Shown here one piece after another: positions 13,066 through 24,527 of a stretch of 64,000 bases of DNA; the stretch's first letter is position 1, and each line of letters begins with the position of its first letter. The notes beneath the pieces are model-generated. The model was not told where the DNA came from. It saw nothing but the letters and a program-made list of their open reading frames with translations, and ran no database searches. This DNA comes from an uncultured delta proteobacterium. GTDB lineage: Bacteria; Myxococcota_A; Polyangia; Haliangiales; Haliangiaceae. The DNA is taken from NCBI GenBank assembly GCA_963848295.1, contig CAWKDB010000010.1:64001-128000 (forward strand). Direction: 5' to 3'. The translations under genes were made by a program, and so were the position numbers.

Positions 13066-14061
13066 TCAACCCGTCTGCTCGACGAACTGGCCGATGCGGC
13101 GGAACTTCTGGTAGCGACGCTCGATGAGCTCGCTCGGCGTTAGCTGCGATAAATCTTTGAGGTGCGCCTTGATCGACTGCCGCAACTTCGCTGCGGTCAG
13201 CGCCGCGTTGCGGTGCGCGCCGCCGGGCGCCTCCGGAATGATCTCGTCGCAGATGCCGAGCTCGAGCAGGTCGGGTGCGGTGAGCTTGAGCTGCGAGGCC
13301 GCCTCCGCGATCTTCGCCGGGTCGCGCCACAGGATCGAAGCGCAGCCTTCGGGTGAGATCACCGAGTAGATCGAGTACTCGAGCATCAGGATCTTGTCGG
13401 TCACGCCGAGCGCGAGCGCGCCACCCGAGCCGCCTTCGCCAATCACGACCGAGATCAGCGGGCATTCGAGGCTCGCCATCACCTGCAGCGCCTTCGCGAT
13501 CGCCTCGGCCTGGCCGCGCTCTTCGGCGCCGAGCCCGGGATACGCACCTGGCGTATCGATGAAGCACAGGATCGGCCGGCGGAACCGCGAGGCCATCCGC
13601 ATCAACCGCGTGGCCTTGCGGTAACCCTCGGGCCGCGCCATCCCGAAGTTGCGATGCATGTTGTCCTTCGTGTTGCGGCCCTTCTGGTGGCCGAGCACGA
13701 GCACTTCCCATTCGTCGAATTGAGCGAGTCCGCCGATGATCGCCGGATCGTCGCGGAAGCTGCGATCGCCGTGCAGCTCGATGAAGTCGTCCATCAGCAG
13801 GCCGACGTAGTCCATCATGTACGGCCGCCCGGGGTGGCGAGCGAGCTGGACCTTCTGCTGCGCGGACAGGTCGGCGAACACTTCTCGTTGCAGCTTGCGC
13901 GCCTTCTGCTCGAGCTTGCGGATCTCGGACGAGAAGTCGACCGACTCGGTCGAGAGGTGATGCAGCTCGTGGATCTTGCGCTCGAGCTCGATGATCGGCC
14001 GCTCGAACTCGAGGATCATCCGGTCGGTGAGCAGCGGAGGCGGTTCGGTCGTCGTCGACAT
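13066..14061 (-). CDS. accA: Acetyl-CoA carboxylase carboxyltransferase subunit alpha
   Basis: LARHPGRP, ELHGDR, PEGYRKA, FIDTPGAYPG.GAEERGQ, GEGGSGGAL, YSVISPEG. Confidence 0.97.
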   Translation of the reverse strand: MSTTTEPPPLLTDRMILEFERPIIELERKIHELHHLSTESVDFSSEIRKLEQKARKLQREVFADLSAQQKVQLARHPGRPYMMDYVGLLMDDFIELHGDRSFRDDPAIIGGLAQFDEWEVLVLGHQKGRNTKDNMHRNFGMARPEGYRKATRLMRMASRFRRPILCFIDTPGAYPGLGAEERGQAEAIAKALQVMASLECPLISVVIGEGGSGGALALGVTDKILMLEYSIYSVISPEGCASILWRDPAKIAEAASQLKLTAPDLLELGICDEIIPEAPGGAHRNAALTAAKLRQSIKAHLKDLSQLTPSELIERRYQKFRRIGQFVEQTG

Positions 14062-14067
14062 CGCGTT

Positions 14068-14979
14068 CTAGCGCCCTGCTAGGTACCGCCCAAGCGCGTC
14101 GGGGTCAACGGCCGCCGGGTCCGGGTACCAAGCGATGGCGGGATCAGGACGGTACCAAGATAGCTGACGCCGGGCGTAATGCCGTGAATTCCTTTTGACC
14201 AGCTCGATCGCGCGCGTGCGGTCGAGCCGCCCCTCCGCCACCGCGTGCAGCTCGGCGTAGCCGATCGCCTGCTGGCTGCGCAGGGGCGGCGTGTAACCCC
14301 GCGCGCGCAACGCGCCGACCTCGGCCTCGAGCCCGGCGGCGAGCATCGCGTCGACCCGCGCGTCGATCGCGGCATACAACGCCTCGCGCGGCGGCGATAG
14401 ACCCACGAGTTGCGCCGGATAGCGCGGCGGCTGCTTGCGATGGTCGTGGCGCGCCTGGTGGGCGCTCATCGGCTCGCCGGTGAGTCGGAACACCTCGATC
14501 GCGCGGATCATCCGCTTGCCGTCGTGCGGATCGATCTTCGCGGCGGCCGCGGGATCGACGCGCACGAGCTCGGCGTGCAGCTCGGCGGTCGGCAGCTGCG
14601 CCAGCTCGGCGCGCACCTCGGGAGACGCCGGCGGGCCCTCGAACAGGCCGAGCAGGAGCGCGCGGACGTACAGGCCGGTGCCGCCGCATACGATCGCCGG
14701 CACGTCGCGCACCGCGAGACTCTCGATCGCGGCGTCGGCGAGCGCGATGAACCGCGCCGCCGTCATCTCGTCGTCGGGATGCGCCACGTCGAGCAGATGG
14801 TGCGGCACCCGCGCGCGCTCGTCCGCGGTCGCCTTGCCGGTGCCGATGTCCATGCCGACGTAGACTTGCTGACTGTCGGCCGACACGACCTCGCCGCCGA
14901 TCTTCTCGGCGAGCGCGAGGGACAGGCGCGTCTTGCCCGCGCCGGTCGGCCCGACGATCACGACGAGGCGCGGCGCCAT
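14068..14979 (-). CDS. miaA: tRNA dimethylallyltransferase
   Basis: GPTGAGKT, SADSQQVY.GMDIGTGK, GGTGLY, HYARRQLSW; start ATG 14979. Confidence 0.96.
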   Translation of the reverse strand: MAPRLVVIVGPTGAGKTRLSLALAEKIGGEVVSADSQQVYVGMDIGTGKATADERARVPHHLLDVAHPDDEMTAARFIALADAAIESLAVRDVPAIVCGGTGLYVRALLLGLFEGPPASPEVRAELAQLPTAELHAELVRVDPAAAAKIDPHDGKRMIRAIEVFRLTGEPMSAHQARHDHRKQPPRYPAQLVGLSPPREALYAAIDARVDAMLAAGLEAEVGALRARGYTPPLRSQQAIGYAELHAVAEGRLDRTRAIELVKRNSRHYARRQLSWYRPDPAIAWYPDPAAVDPDALGRYLAGR

Positions 14980-15112
14980 CCGCGCATTGTGGCACGGCGG
15001 CGAGAACCGCGGTTCGCCGTGGCCCCTCGCGCGCCGACTGTCAGATCGCGACGCTCGACCGGCTTGCGGGCCGAGCGTAGACCGACCGCGCACGTCGCGC
15101 GTTTCATCGCAC

Positions 15113-15589
15113 ATGCGCTTCCTCGCGTTCGCCTTGCCGCTGTGCCTCGTCACGTCGTTCGCGCATGCGTCACCGGCGTTCACATTCGCACAGCTGCTCC
15201 GGCGCGCCGACACGGTCGCGGTCGTGACGCTGACCCACCACGACGCGAAGCACGTCACCCTGTCGCAGACGACGGTCGTGCGCGGCGCGTTCGGCAAGGG
15301 CATCGTGTTGAAGGTCATCGGCGAGATCGCGCCGCCGGCTGACGTCACGACGTTCGTGGTGCTGTCCCAGCTCGATCCGCACATCGGCGCGCCGGAGCCG
15401 GTGGTGCGCATCGGCCAAGGCCTCGAGGGCCAAGCCGGCTATCTCGGGTTCTTGCTCTACCCGGTGCGGACGATCGGTGGCCGTGCGCAGATCGACCCGG
15501 CGTTCCTGATCAAGGCGGACGGCGCGATCGCGATCGACCAGCTTCCCGCGATCGCGAAGCGCGCGCCGTTTCGCCCGATCGGCGGCTAG
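15113..15589 (+). CDS. Secreted hypothetical protein
   Basis: Signal peptide MRFLAFALPLCLVTSFAHA. Confidence 0.6.
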   Translation: MRFLAFALPLCLVTSFAHASPAFTFAQLLRRADTVAVVTLTHHDAKHVTLSQTTVVRGAFGKGIVLKVIGEIAPPADVTTFVVLSQLDPHIGAPEPVVRIGQGLEGQAGYLGFLLYPVRTIGGRAQIDPAFLIKADGAIAIDQLPAIAKRAPFRPIGG

Positions 15590-17577
15590 CGCCCGAACCG
15601 GCGCGCGATCTCGGCGAGCGGCAGGCGCAGCATCAACGGGCGGCCGTGCGGGTTCGGCGCGTCGCCGACGCCGTCGAGCGCGCGCAGCAGCGCCTCGGTT
15701 TCGCCCGCCGACAGTCGATCGCCCGCGCGCACGACCGAGTGACACGCAATCTCGGCGAGCGCACTCTCGAGTTGCTCGGCGTCGCTCGGCGCACCTTCTT
15801 CGGCCCACCGGGCGAGCAGCGCACGCAGCAGCTCCGCCGGATCGCCGTGGCGGATCCCCGCCGGCACCGCGAGCAACGCGAGCGAGCCATCGCCGCCGAG
15901 ATCGGTCTCGAAGCCGACCTGCGCGAGCACGCCGCGCAGATCACTCGCGAGCTTCGCGAGCTCCGGCGCGACATCGATCGTCGCCGGGAACAGCATGCGC
16001 TGCATGCCGACCGCATGATCGGCATCGGCGGCCTTGAGCCGAGCGAGCTCGACGAGCTCGTGCGCGACGTGCTGATCGATCAGCACGAGCCCGGCGCCGG
16101 CCTCGCACACGAGGTATGTGAGATCCAGCTGGCCGAGGTAGCGCAGCTGCGCGAAGTAGCCCGGCTCGAGCTCGGCGCGCTCGGCCGCGGCATGGTCGAC
16201 CGGCCCGCTACCGAACGCGAGGGCCGGCGCCCGGTCGGCGACCGCCGCGGGCCGCGCGTAGGCGGCGCGCGCGTACGCCGCGGCTTCAGCAGCGCGCGAG
16301 CTCCGGCCGCGATCGCGGATGCCTTGGGCCCACTCCCGCGGCCCCGGGCCAGGAGTAAACCCGAGTTGCGCCTGCGCACCGCCGGACGCCCAACCGCGCT
16401 CGCGCGCGTGCTCAAGCTGGGCGCCGTAGCGCTGCGCTAACGGCGTCGCGACTCCGCCGTCGGGTAACGCGGGCGGCTGGACGCTCGTGATCGCGGTCAT
16501 CATCACCGGCGCCGCCGCATCGCTTCGCCACCCTGCCCGCGCGACGCCTGCTTGCACGACGTGGCGCACCGCCGCTGCGACCGCAGCCGCGTCGGCAAAT
16601 CGGACCTCCGACTTCTGCGGATGGACGTTGATATCGACCGCGCCAGCGGGAACATCGACGATCGCGATCGCGAGCGGATAGCGGCCGCGAGGCACGAGCT
16701 CGCCATAGCCCATCGCGATCGCGTGCAACAACCCACGGTCTTTCACCGGCCGGCGCCCGACGAACAGCTGAACGCCCCGCGCCGTCGTCTGCGCGAGATC
16801 CGGCGCACCGAGCAACGCGTGGACGCGGGTCGCACCGTCTTCACCTGATACCTCGACGAGCCGCGCGCTGACTCGCGGTCCGAGCAGCGCGCGCGCACGA
16901 GCCAACCGATCGCGATCCGGCGGGAGGTCGAGCGCGACTCGCCCGTCGTACGCGAGCTTGAGGTGAAGCTCGGGATGCGCCATCGCGACGCGCGCGACCA
17001 GGTCGGTGACGTGGGCCGCTTCGGTCGCCTCGCCGCGCAAGAACTTGAGCCGAGCCGGCACCGCGCGAAACAGCTCGTGGACCTCGACCGTCGTACCGAC
17101 CGGGGCGCCGGCCGCGCTGACGTCTGCGACCCGCCCCGCATCGACCGTGATGCGCGTCGCCGCGAGCTCGCCGGCGACCCGGGTGGTCAGCACGAGCCGC
17201 GCGACGCTCGCGATCGCCGGCAGCGCCTCGCCGCGAAACCCGAGCGTCGTCAACCCCCACAGGTCGTCGACACTGCGCAGCTTCGAGGTCGCGTGGCGCT
17301 CGAGTGCGAGCACCGCGTCGACCGCAGACATGCCACAGCCGTCGTCGACGACGCGGATCACGCTGCGGCCACCGCCGACGACCTCGACCGCGATCGTGCG
17401 CGCGCCGGCGTCGATCGCGTTGTCGACGAGCTCCTTGACCACCGATGCCGGCCGCTCGATGACCTCGCCCGCGGCGATCTGGTCGATCACGGTCGAGGGC
17501 AAGAGCTCGATCGTGGGGACCTGTGCCCGACGATCAGCACCGCCGGAGGGCGGTGCGGTTGGATCGAACGCGGGCAT
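15586..17577 (-). CDS. mutL: DNA mismatch repair protein MutL
   Basis: QIAAGEVIERPASVVKELVDNAIDAGA, HATSK, GFRGEAL, DINVHPQKSEVRF, DQHVAHE, ACH, PHGRP. Confidence 0.96.
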   Translation of the reverse strand: MPAFDPTAPPSGGADRRAQVPTIELLPSTVIDQIAAGEVIERPASVVKELVDNAIDAGARTIAVEVVGGGRSVIRVVDDGCGMSAVDAVLALERHATSKLRSVDDLWGLTTLGFRGEALPAIASVARLVLTTRVAGELAATRITVDAGRVADVSAAGAPVGTTVEVHELFRAVPARLKFLRGEATEAAHVTDLVARVAMAHPELHLKLAYDGRVALDLPPDRDRLARARALLGPRVSARLVEVSGEDGATRVHALLGAPDLAQTTARGVQLFVGRRPVKDRGLLHAIAMGYGELVPRGRYPLAIAIVDVPAGAVDINVHPQKSEVRFADAAAVAAAVRHVVQAGVARAGWRSDAAAPVMMTAITSVQPPALPDGGVATPLAQRYGAQLEHARERGWASGGAQAQLGFTPGPGPREWAQGIRDRGRSSRAAEAAAYARAAYARPAAVADRAPALAFGSGPVDHAAAERAELEPGYFAQLRYLGQLDLTYLVCEAGAGLVLIDQHVAHELVELARLKAADADHAVGMQRMLFPATIDVAPELAKLASDLRGVLAQVGFETDLGGDGSLALLAVPAGIRHGDPAELLRALLARWAEEGAPSDAEQLESALAEIACHSVVRAGDRLSAGETEALLRALDGVGDAPNPHGRPLMLRLPLAEIARRFGR
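17511..17567 (+). repeat. Dispersed two-hairpin repeat copy, antisense within the mutL N-terminus
   Basis: 41/56 gapless match to 24668-24723; TCGA at 17507 and 17564 (57 bp period); stem gcaccgcc/ggcggtgc. Confidence 0.8.
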
Positions 17578-17641
17578 AGCGCTGGCGTACCACGGCGATC
17601 TGACGTGGAGCCGGCACTCCCGCTGGTGTATAGAAGCCTCG

Positions 17642-19774
17642 ATGGCGAGCGCCCCGCAACCCGAGTCCGACCGCGTGGTCGCGATCACCGGGGCGTGCAC
17701 GTATCTCGGCAGCGAGTTGCTGCGCCGGCTCGAAGAAGATCCGCGCTGTCGCCGCGTGCTCGCGCTCGACATCCGGCCGCCGGTTGCGGCGAACGGCCCG
17801 GGCAGCAAGGTCGCGTTCGTCAAGATCGACCTGACCCAGCCGACGGTCGACGCCGAGCTCGCGACGTTGCTCGCGCGCGAGCACGTCGACACGCTCGTCC
17901 ATGGCGCGTTCCTGTCGCACCCGACCCACGCGTCGGAGTGGGCGCACGAGCTCGAGGATGTCGGCACGATGCACGTGCTGAACGCGTGCTCCGGGGTCGA
18001 GCTGCGCCGCCTCGTGATGGTGTCGACGACGCTGGTCTACGGCGCGCATCCGAAGAACCCGAACTTCCTGACCGAGGACGCCGAGCTGCGCGGTCATCGC
18101 TCGACCGACGCCGGCCGGTTCATCGACGACAAGCTGCGCGCCGAACGCCAGGTCCAGCGGTTCGCCGCGGAGCATCCCGGCGTGGAGGTGGCCATCCTGC
18201 GGTTCGCGCCGATCCTCGGGCCGACGATCTCGAACATCTTCACGCGCTTCCTGTCGCGGCCGATCGCGCCCGTGATGATGGGCCACGATCCGCTGATGCA
18301 GTTCGTCCACGAGCAAGATGCCGCGAACGCGTTGCAGCTCGCGGTGCAGTCGCACGCGACGGGTGCGTTCAACATCGTCGGCAAGGGCGTGTTGCCGTAT
18401 ACGACCGTGCTCGCGCTGCTCGGCCGCGTGCCGATGCCGTTGCCACAGCTCGTCGCGCGTCCGCTGACCAAGTTGTTGTGGGCGACGCAGCTCGTCGGTT
18501 CGCCGCCGACGATGCTCGACCACCTGCTGTATCTGTGCGTCGCCGACGGCAGCAAAGCCAAGCGCGAGCTCGGGTTCTCGCCGCGGCTGTCGATCAAGCG
18601 CACGATCCTCGACTTCCTCGGCGTGGCCCCCGAGGACGGCGCGACCGACGTCGACGAGGGCACAGGCATGACCGACGACGGTCCGAAGCACGACGGCGAC
18701 GACGCCGACGACGCCGAGTGGTTCGGTGATGCCGATCCGCGCGTGCCCGATGCGACCGCGTTCGCCGACGATCCTTACTTGGGAGGCGAAGCGGCGATCC
18801 CCGACGAGCTCGGCGGCAGCCACGTGCCGAGCGAGCGCGGCGAGCGCGAAGCCGAGCTCCGCGAGCTCGAGCGCCGCCTCGAACAGCAGCGCACGCCGGT
18901 GTTCCCGATCGATCTGCGCCGGCACCTGCCGCTCGAAGGCGTGTGGCACCGCTGGCGCGCGCTCGCGATGTGGGGCCGCAGCGACGTCGTCGACGATTTC
19001 GGCCGCGATCCTCGCGCGACCGCTCGCTGGGAGTGGCTGTTCGAGTTCTTGTACTCGCGCTGGTTCCGCGTTCACGTCGAGGGCATCGATCACGTGCCGA
19101 CCCGCGGCCGCGCGCTGCTCGTCGCGAATCACGCGGGCACGTTGCCGTACGACAGCGCGATGGTGATGCACGCGATCCGCCGCGACCATCCCGCGCGGCG
19201 CGACGTGCGACCGCTCGTCGAGGACACCGTGTTTCACCTGCCGTTCCTCGGCCCGTTGATGAATCGGATCGGCGGCGTCCGCGCCGATCCGGCGAACGCC
19301 GAGCGCTTGCTCGAGAAGGACGAGCTCGTCGCGGTGTTCCCCGAAGGCGAGAAAGGCATGGGCAAGCTGTGGAAGGACCGCTATCGGCTGCAGCGGTTCG
19401 GCCGCGGCGGGTTCGTCAAGCTCGCGCTGCGCACGCGCTCGCCGATCATCCCGGTCGCCGTCGTCGGCGCTGAAGAAGCGGCGCCGATGCTCGGCAAGGT
19501 GACGTGGTTCGCGCGCAACATCGGCATCCCGTGGATCCCGGTCACGCCGTTGTTTCCGTGGCTCGGGCCGGCGGGCCTGTTGCCCCTGCCGAGCAAGTGG
19601 TTCGTGCGCTTCGGCACGCCGATCGATCTGTCTGCGACCTACGGCCCGGCCGCCGCGGACGATCGCCTGCTCGTCAACAAGCTCGCCGAGGGCATCCGCA
19701 CCGAGATCCAGGTCATGGTCGACGACCTGCTGGGCATGCGGCGGTCGCCCGTGCTGGCCGCGTTCTTCGGCTGA
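17642..19774 (+). CDS. NAD-dependent epimerase/dehydratase fused in frame to a lysophospholipid acyltransferase
   Basis: AITGACTYLG Rossmann motif, MQFVHEQD; acidic linker; LLVANHAG, VFPEGEKG, PIIPVAVVG PlsC motifs. Confidence 0.85.
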   Translation: MASAPQPESDRVVAITGACTYLGSELLRRLEEDPRCRRVLALDIRPPVAANGPGSKVAFVKIDLTQPTVDAELATLLAREHVDTLVHGAFLSHPTHASEWAHELEDVGTMHVLNACSGVELRRLVMVSTTLVYGAHPKNPNFLTEDAELRGHRSTDAGRFIDDKLRAERQVQRFAAEHPGVEVAILRFAPILGPTISNIFTRFLSRPIAPVMMGHDPLMQFVHEQDAANALQLAVQSHATGAFNIVGKGVLPYTTVLALLGRVPMPLPQLVARPLTKLLWATQLVGSPPTMLDHLLYLCVADGSKAKRELGFSPRLSIKRTILDFLGVAPEDGATDVDEGTGMTDDGPKHDGDDADDAEWFGDADPRVPDATAFADDPYLGGEAAIPDELGGSHVPSERGEREAELRELERRLEQQRTPVFPIDLRRHLPLEGVWHRWRALAMWGRSDVVDDFGRDPRATARWEWLFEFLYSRWFRVHVEGIDHVPTRGRALLVANHAGTLPYDSAMVMHAIRRDHPARRDVRPLVEDTVFHLPFLGPLMNRIGGVRADPANAERLLEKDELVAVFPEGEKGMGKLWKDRYRLQRFGRGGFVKLALRTRSPIIPVAVVGAEEAAPMLGKVTWFARNIGIPWIPVTPLFPWLGPAGLLPLPSKWFVRFGTPIDLSATYGPAAADDRLLVNKLAEGIRTEIQVMVDDLLGMRRSPVLAAFFG

Positions 19775-19847
19775 TCCCCGGAGGTCGTCACCGCACCCAC
19801 ATCGGGTGGCCTTGTGTTTGGTGCCCGAACGAGTCAGCCTGATATGG

Positions 19848-20792
19848 ATGCGGTGCGGGGTGATCGCGTGCCTGCTCTACGCCGGCGTGGCCCATGCCGA
19901 CCCGGCCGGAGACGTGAATCCAGAGGCAGAGAAACTGTTTCGCGATGGCCGGGCGTTTCTCAAGGACGGCAACACCGCCGCGGCATGCGATGCGTTTGCC
20001 GCGAGCGCGAAGCTCGGGCCGTCGGTCGGCACGTTCCTCAACCTCGGTGACTGCCGAGCCCGGCGCGGCGAGGTCGCGACCGCGTGGGCGGCGTTCGTGG
20101 AAGCCGGTCGACTCGCGGTCAAGCTCGACGATCCGCGCAAAGCCGAAGCGGACAGGCGCGCCGCCGAGCTCGAGCCGCAGCTGTCGTACCTGACGATCGA
20201 CGTGCCGACACCGGTCCCAGGCCTGAAGATCGCGCGCGACAACGTCGCGATCGATCCCAGCGTGTGGCACGAGCCCACCGCGATCGATCCGGGCGCGCAC
20301 ACCGTCGTCGCGACCGCCCCCGGGTTCGCGAAGTGGGCGATGACGTTCGAGGTCGCACCGAGCGGAGCTAAGGCGGTCGCGCACGTCCCGGCGCTGCGCG
20401 CGATCCCGGTCGCTCCGGCCGCCGCGCCTGCGGTGCGCACCCCGGATAGGTTCACGACCACGCGGATCATCGGGGTCGTGTCCGCCGGCGCCGGCGTGGC
20501 AGCGCTCGCCGGGTCGCTCGCGCTGGCGCTCGACGCGGAGGGTCTCGAGGACGACGCGCGTACCACCTGCCCCACCGGCACACCGTGCACGAACCTCGGC
20601 GCGAGCCAAGAGAGCGGACGGGCGGTGACGCGCGCGAACATCGCGACGGCGATCGGCGCCGCGGGGATCGTCGCGATCACGGGCGGTGTCTTCTTGTGGA
20701 TCGTCGGGCGGCCGCGCGAAGGAACGCCACCTCCGATCGCGGCGACCGCGACTCGCGACTCGTTCGCGGTCTCGCTCACGGGGCGGTTCTGA
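19848..20792 (+). CDS. Secreted TPR/PEGA-like protein
   Basis: Signal peptide, AEKLFRDGR..ACDAFAAS..GTFLNLGDC, DPGAHTVVATAPG. Confidence 0.75.
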   Translation: MRCGVIACLLYAGVAHADPAGDVNPEAEKLFRDGRAFLKDGNTAAACDAFAASAKLGPSVGTFLNLGDCRARRGEVATAWAAFVEAGRLAVKLDDPRKAEADRRAAELEPQLSYLTIDVPTPVPGLKIARDNVAIDPSVWHEPTAIDPGAHTVVATAPGFAKWAMTFEVAPSGAKAVAHVPALRAIPVAPAAAPAVRTPDRFTTTRIIGVVSAGAGVAALAGSLALALDAEGLEDDARTTCPTGTPCTNLGASQESGRAVTRANIATAIGAAGIVAITGGVFLWIVGRPREGTPPPIAATATRDSFAVSLTGRF

Positions 20793-21474
20793 TGAAGCGC
20801 ATCGCGGTCGTCGTCGTCACCGCCGGCTGCAGCGCGCTGTTCGGCATCGACAAGATTCCGTACGAGGGTGACCCCGGCCAGCCGATCGAGCTGAGCGTCG
20901 CGATCTCGGGATCCGGAACAGGCATGGTGAGCGATGACACCGGTCAGATCGCGTGCTCGAGCGGCGGCAACGGCACGTGTGCCCACGTGTACGATGCCGG
21001 GGCCACGATCACCCTCACGCCAGCCGCCGGCACCAGCAGCGCGTTCTTCGGCTGGGGCCAGGGGTGCTCCGATCAAAACGGCGACGGAGCGGCGCAGTGC
21101 ACGCTGACCGGCGCGAGCGGGTTGGTCTACGTCGTCGCCGACTTCTCACCGTATGCGGCTGGCCAGAACATGCTCACTCTCGCGCCGACGCTTGCCAACC
21201 ATTCCGATCCCAACGCATACATCATGGCGGGCTCGAATCGTTGCGACGACGATGGCCGGCCGTGCGGGTACGCGTTGGATCCGTCGGTCACCTCGGTGAC
21301 GTTGACGCCGGTGGGCGATTCGTGCGCGCCGTTCTTGATGTTCACCGGCGGTGGCTGCGCGCCCGCGACCGCGACGTGCACCGTCACATTCACCCCCGGT
21401 AGCATACAATCGGTCGTGGTCGACTTCGAGTTCGCAGCGAACGCGACGGGGTCCGGCTCGAACACGTGCGGCTT

Positions 21475-21478
<4 letters not shown>
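20792..21478 (+). CDS. Cys-rich lipoprotein with InlB B-repeat-like domains
   Basis: Lipobox TAGC; GSGTGMVS...ITLTPAAG..SAFFGWGQGC pattern. Confidence 0.65.
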
Positions 21479-22884
<1,406 letters not shown>

Positions 22885-22980
22885 ATCGAGGCCGCTCGGG
22901 ATTTGCGCACGCGTGGGTCATCTTGCCTGGCCGCGCGATATCGCGGGCGCGTTGGAACGGCCGTGTTATCGTGGACGCAA

Positions 22981-23523
22981 ATGCCCGCGCGTCACGTGAC
23001 CGAGCTAGAGCAACTGCTCGACCGCGCGCGCGAGTTGCTCGGCACCGGCGACGACGGCGAGCTGTTCGACGCGAACACCGCGGTGAATCACGCGCTCCAG
23101 CTCGACCCGGTGTCGGTCGAGGGCTGGCTGTTGAAGTGCCAGGTCGCGTCCGCCGCGGGCGACGACCTCGCCGCGCTCGCCTCGGTCGAGATGGCGTTGC
23201 GGCGCGCACCGGCCCGGCCCGAGGCCTTGTATTGGCGCGGCGCCGTGCTCGGCGATCTCGGCCGATCCCGCGAGGCGCTGCGCTCGATCGAGGCCGCGTT
23301 CGCGGCGCTCGGCGATGACGATGGCTGGCTGGTCGAAGATCTGTTCTACGAGAAGGCGACCGTGCTCGAAGCGCTCGGTCTCGGCGAAGCGGCGGTCAAC
23401 GCGATCGCCGCGGGGCTCGACCGCTGTCCCGGATCGGCGCTGCTCCGCGCCGCGCTGTCGCCGGCCGAAGCCGAGCCGACCCGGCCGCGCACGGTGCTCA
23501 AGGTCCTGCGCGGCGGTCGTTAA
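22981..23523 (+). CDS. TPR protein
   Basis: ALQLDP, EALYWRGAVLGDLG TPR patterns. Confidence 0.75.
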   Translation: MPARHVTELEQLLDRARELLGTGDDGELFDANTAVNHALQLDPVSVEGWLLKCQVASAAGDDLAALASVEMALRRAPARPEALYWRGAVLGDLGRSREALRSIEAAFAALGDDDGWLVEDLFYEKATVLEALGLGEAAVNAIAAGLDRCPGSALLRAALSPAEAEPTRPRTVLKVLRGGR

Positions 23524-23599
23524 ACGAGCTCCCCGCGTCCGGCGATCGCCGGGACGCTACGAACAGGCGCGGCGATCCGTCACTTGCTATGATCCAGAC

Positions 23600-24523
23600 G
23601 TGCATCGCGCTCGCATCGCCGTGGTCGCCACGCTCGGCGTGGTCGCAGCCGCCGGCGTGTGGGCGCTCGCGGCCGGTCCGCCCGCAGCCGCGCCCGCACC
23701 CATCGACGCGCCGAATCCGCTGACGATCGCGGTCAACGGCGGTCGCCACGTCCGGATCGACGGGCCGCGCGGTGCGATCCACGTGTGGATTCCGCCGAGC
23801 TTCCACTCCGATACCGGCGCGACGATCATCTACTTGCACGGCTACTACGACGACGCCGACTCGTCGTGGGTCGGCCATCACCTGCCCGAGCAGTTCGCGA
23901 TGAGCGCGCTCGACGCGATGTTCATCGTGCCGGAGGCGCCGGTCGCGGCAAAGACGCCGATCAACTATCCGAACCTCAGCGAGCTGCTGCGCATCGTCGA
24001 GGACAAGACCGGCGTGCAACGCGGGATGGCGTTGACCGTGGTGGTCGGCCACTCCGGTGCGTTTCGCACGATCGAGAGCTGGCTCGACGAGCCACTCGTC
24101 GATCAGCTCGTGATGATCGACTCGATGTACGCGGACGAAGAACAGATCGAGGCGTGGCTGCGTGCGTCGCCGCGCCATCGGCTGATCACGGTCGGCGAGG
24201 ATACGTTGCAGTGGAACGAGCAGTTCCTGCGCGACATCCCCGACACCGTCGTCGTCGATCGCGTGCCGCCGACCTATGACACGTGGCCGCCCGAGGCGCG
24301 GACCGCGCGCTCGGTCTACGTCCGCGCGCAGTTCGCGCACATGCCGCTCGTCACCGATGGCATCGTGCTGCCGGCGCTGCTCCGGCTCTTGCCCGTCGAG
24401 CTGCTCGGCGACGAGCCGTGGCAACAGCCGCTCGGCGCATTGCCGTCGAACGAGCTGGCTCCCGACGATGGTGGCGTCACCGGCTCGGGCTCCGGATCCG
24501 CGCTGCCGGCGCCGGCGAACTAG
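23600..24523 (+). CDS. Exported alpha/beta-hydrolase-like protein
   Basis: IIYLHGY and VVGHSGA nucleophile-elbow-like motif; N-terminal signal or TM segment. Confidence 0.6.
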   Translation: MHRARIAVVATLGVVAAAGVWALAAGPPAAAPAPIDAPNPLTIAVNGGRHVRIDGPRGAIHVWIPPSFHSDTGATIIYLHGYYDDADSSWVGHHLPEQFAMSALDAMFIVPEAPVAAKTPINYPNLSELLRIVEDKTGVQRGMALTVVVGHSGAFRTIESWLDEPLVDQLVMIDSMYADEEQIEAWLRASPRHRLITVGEDTLQWNEQFLRDIPDTVVVDRVPPTYDTWPPEARTARSVYVRAQFAHMPLVTDGIVLPALLRLLPVELLGDEPWQQPLGALPSNELAPDDGGVTGSGSGSALPAPAN

Positions 24524-24527
24524 CGCC

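Noticed and set aside
10183..13143. Long Arg-rich ORFs (also 37108-39765, 35590-37170, 1793-3517, 45936-47546 and others)
   Set aside because: Shadow frames of well-supported genes in high-GC DNA, with no recognisable motifs.
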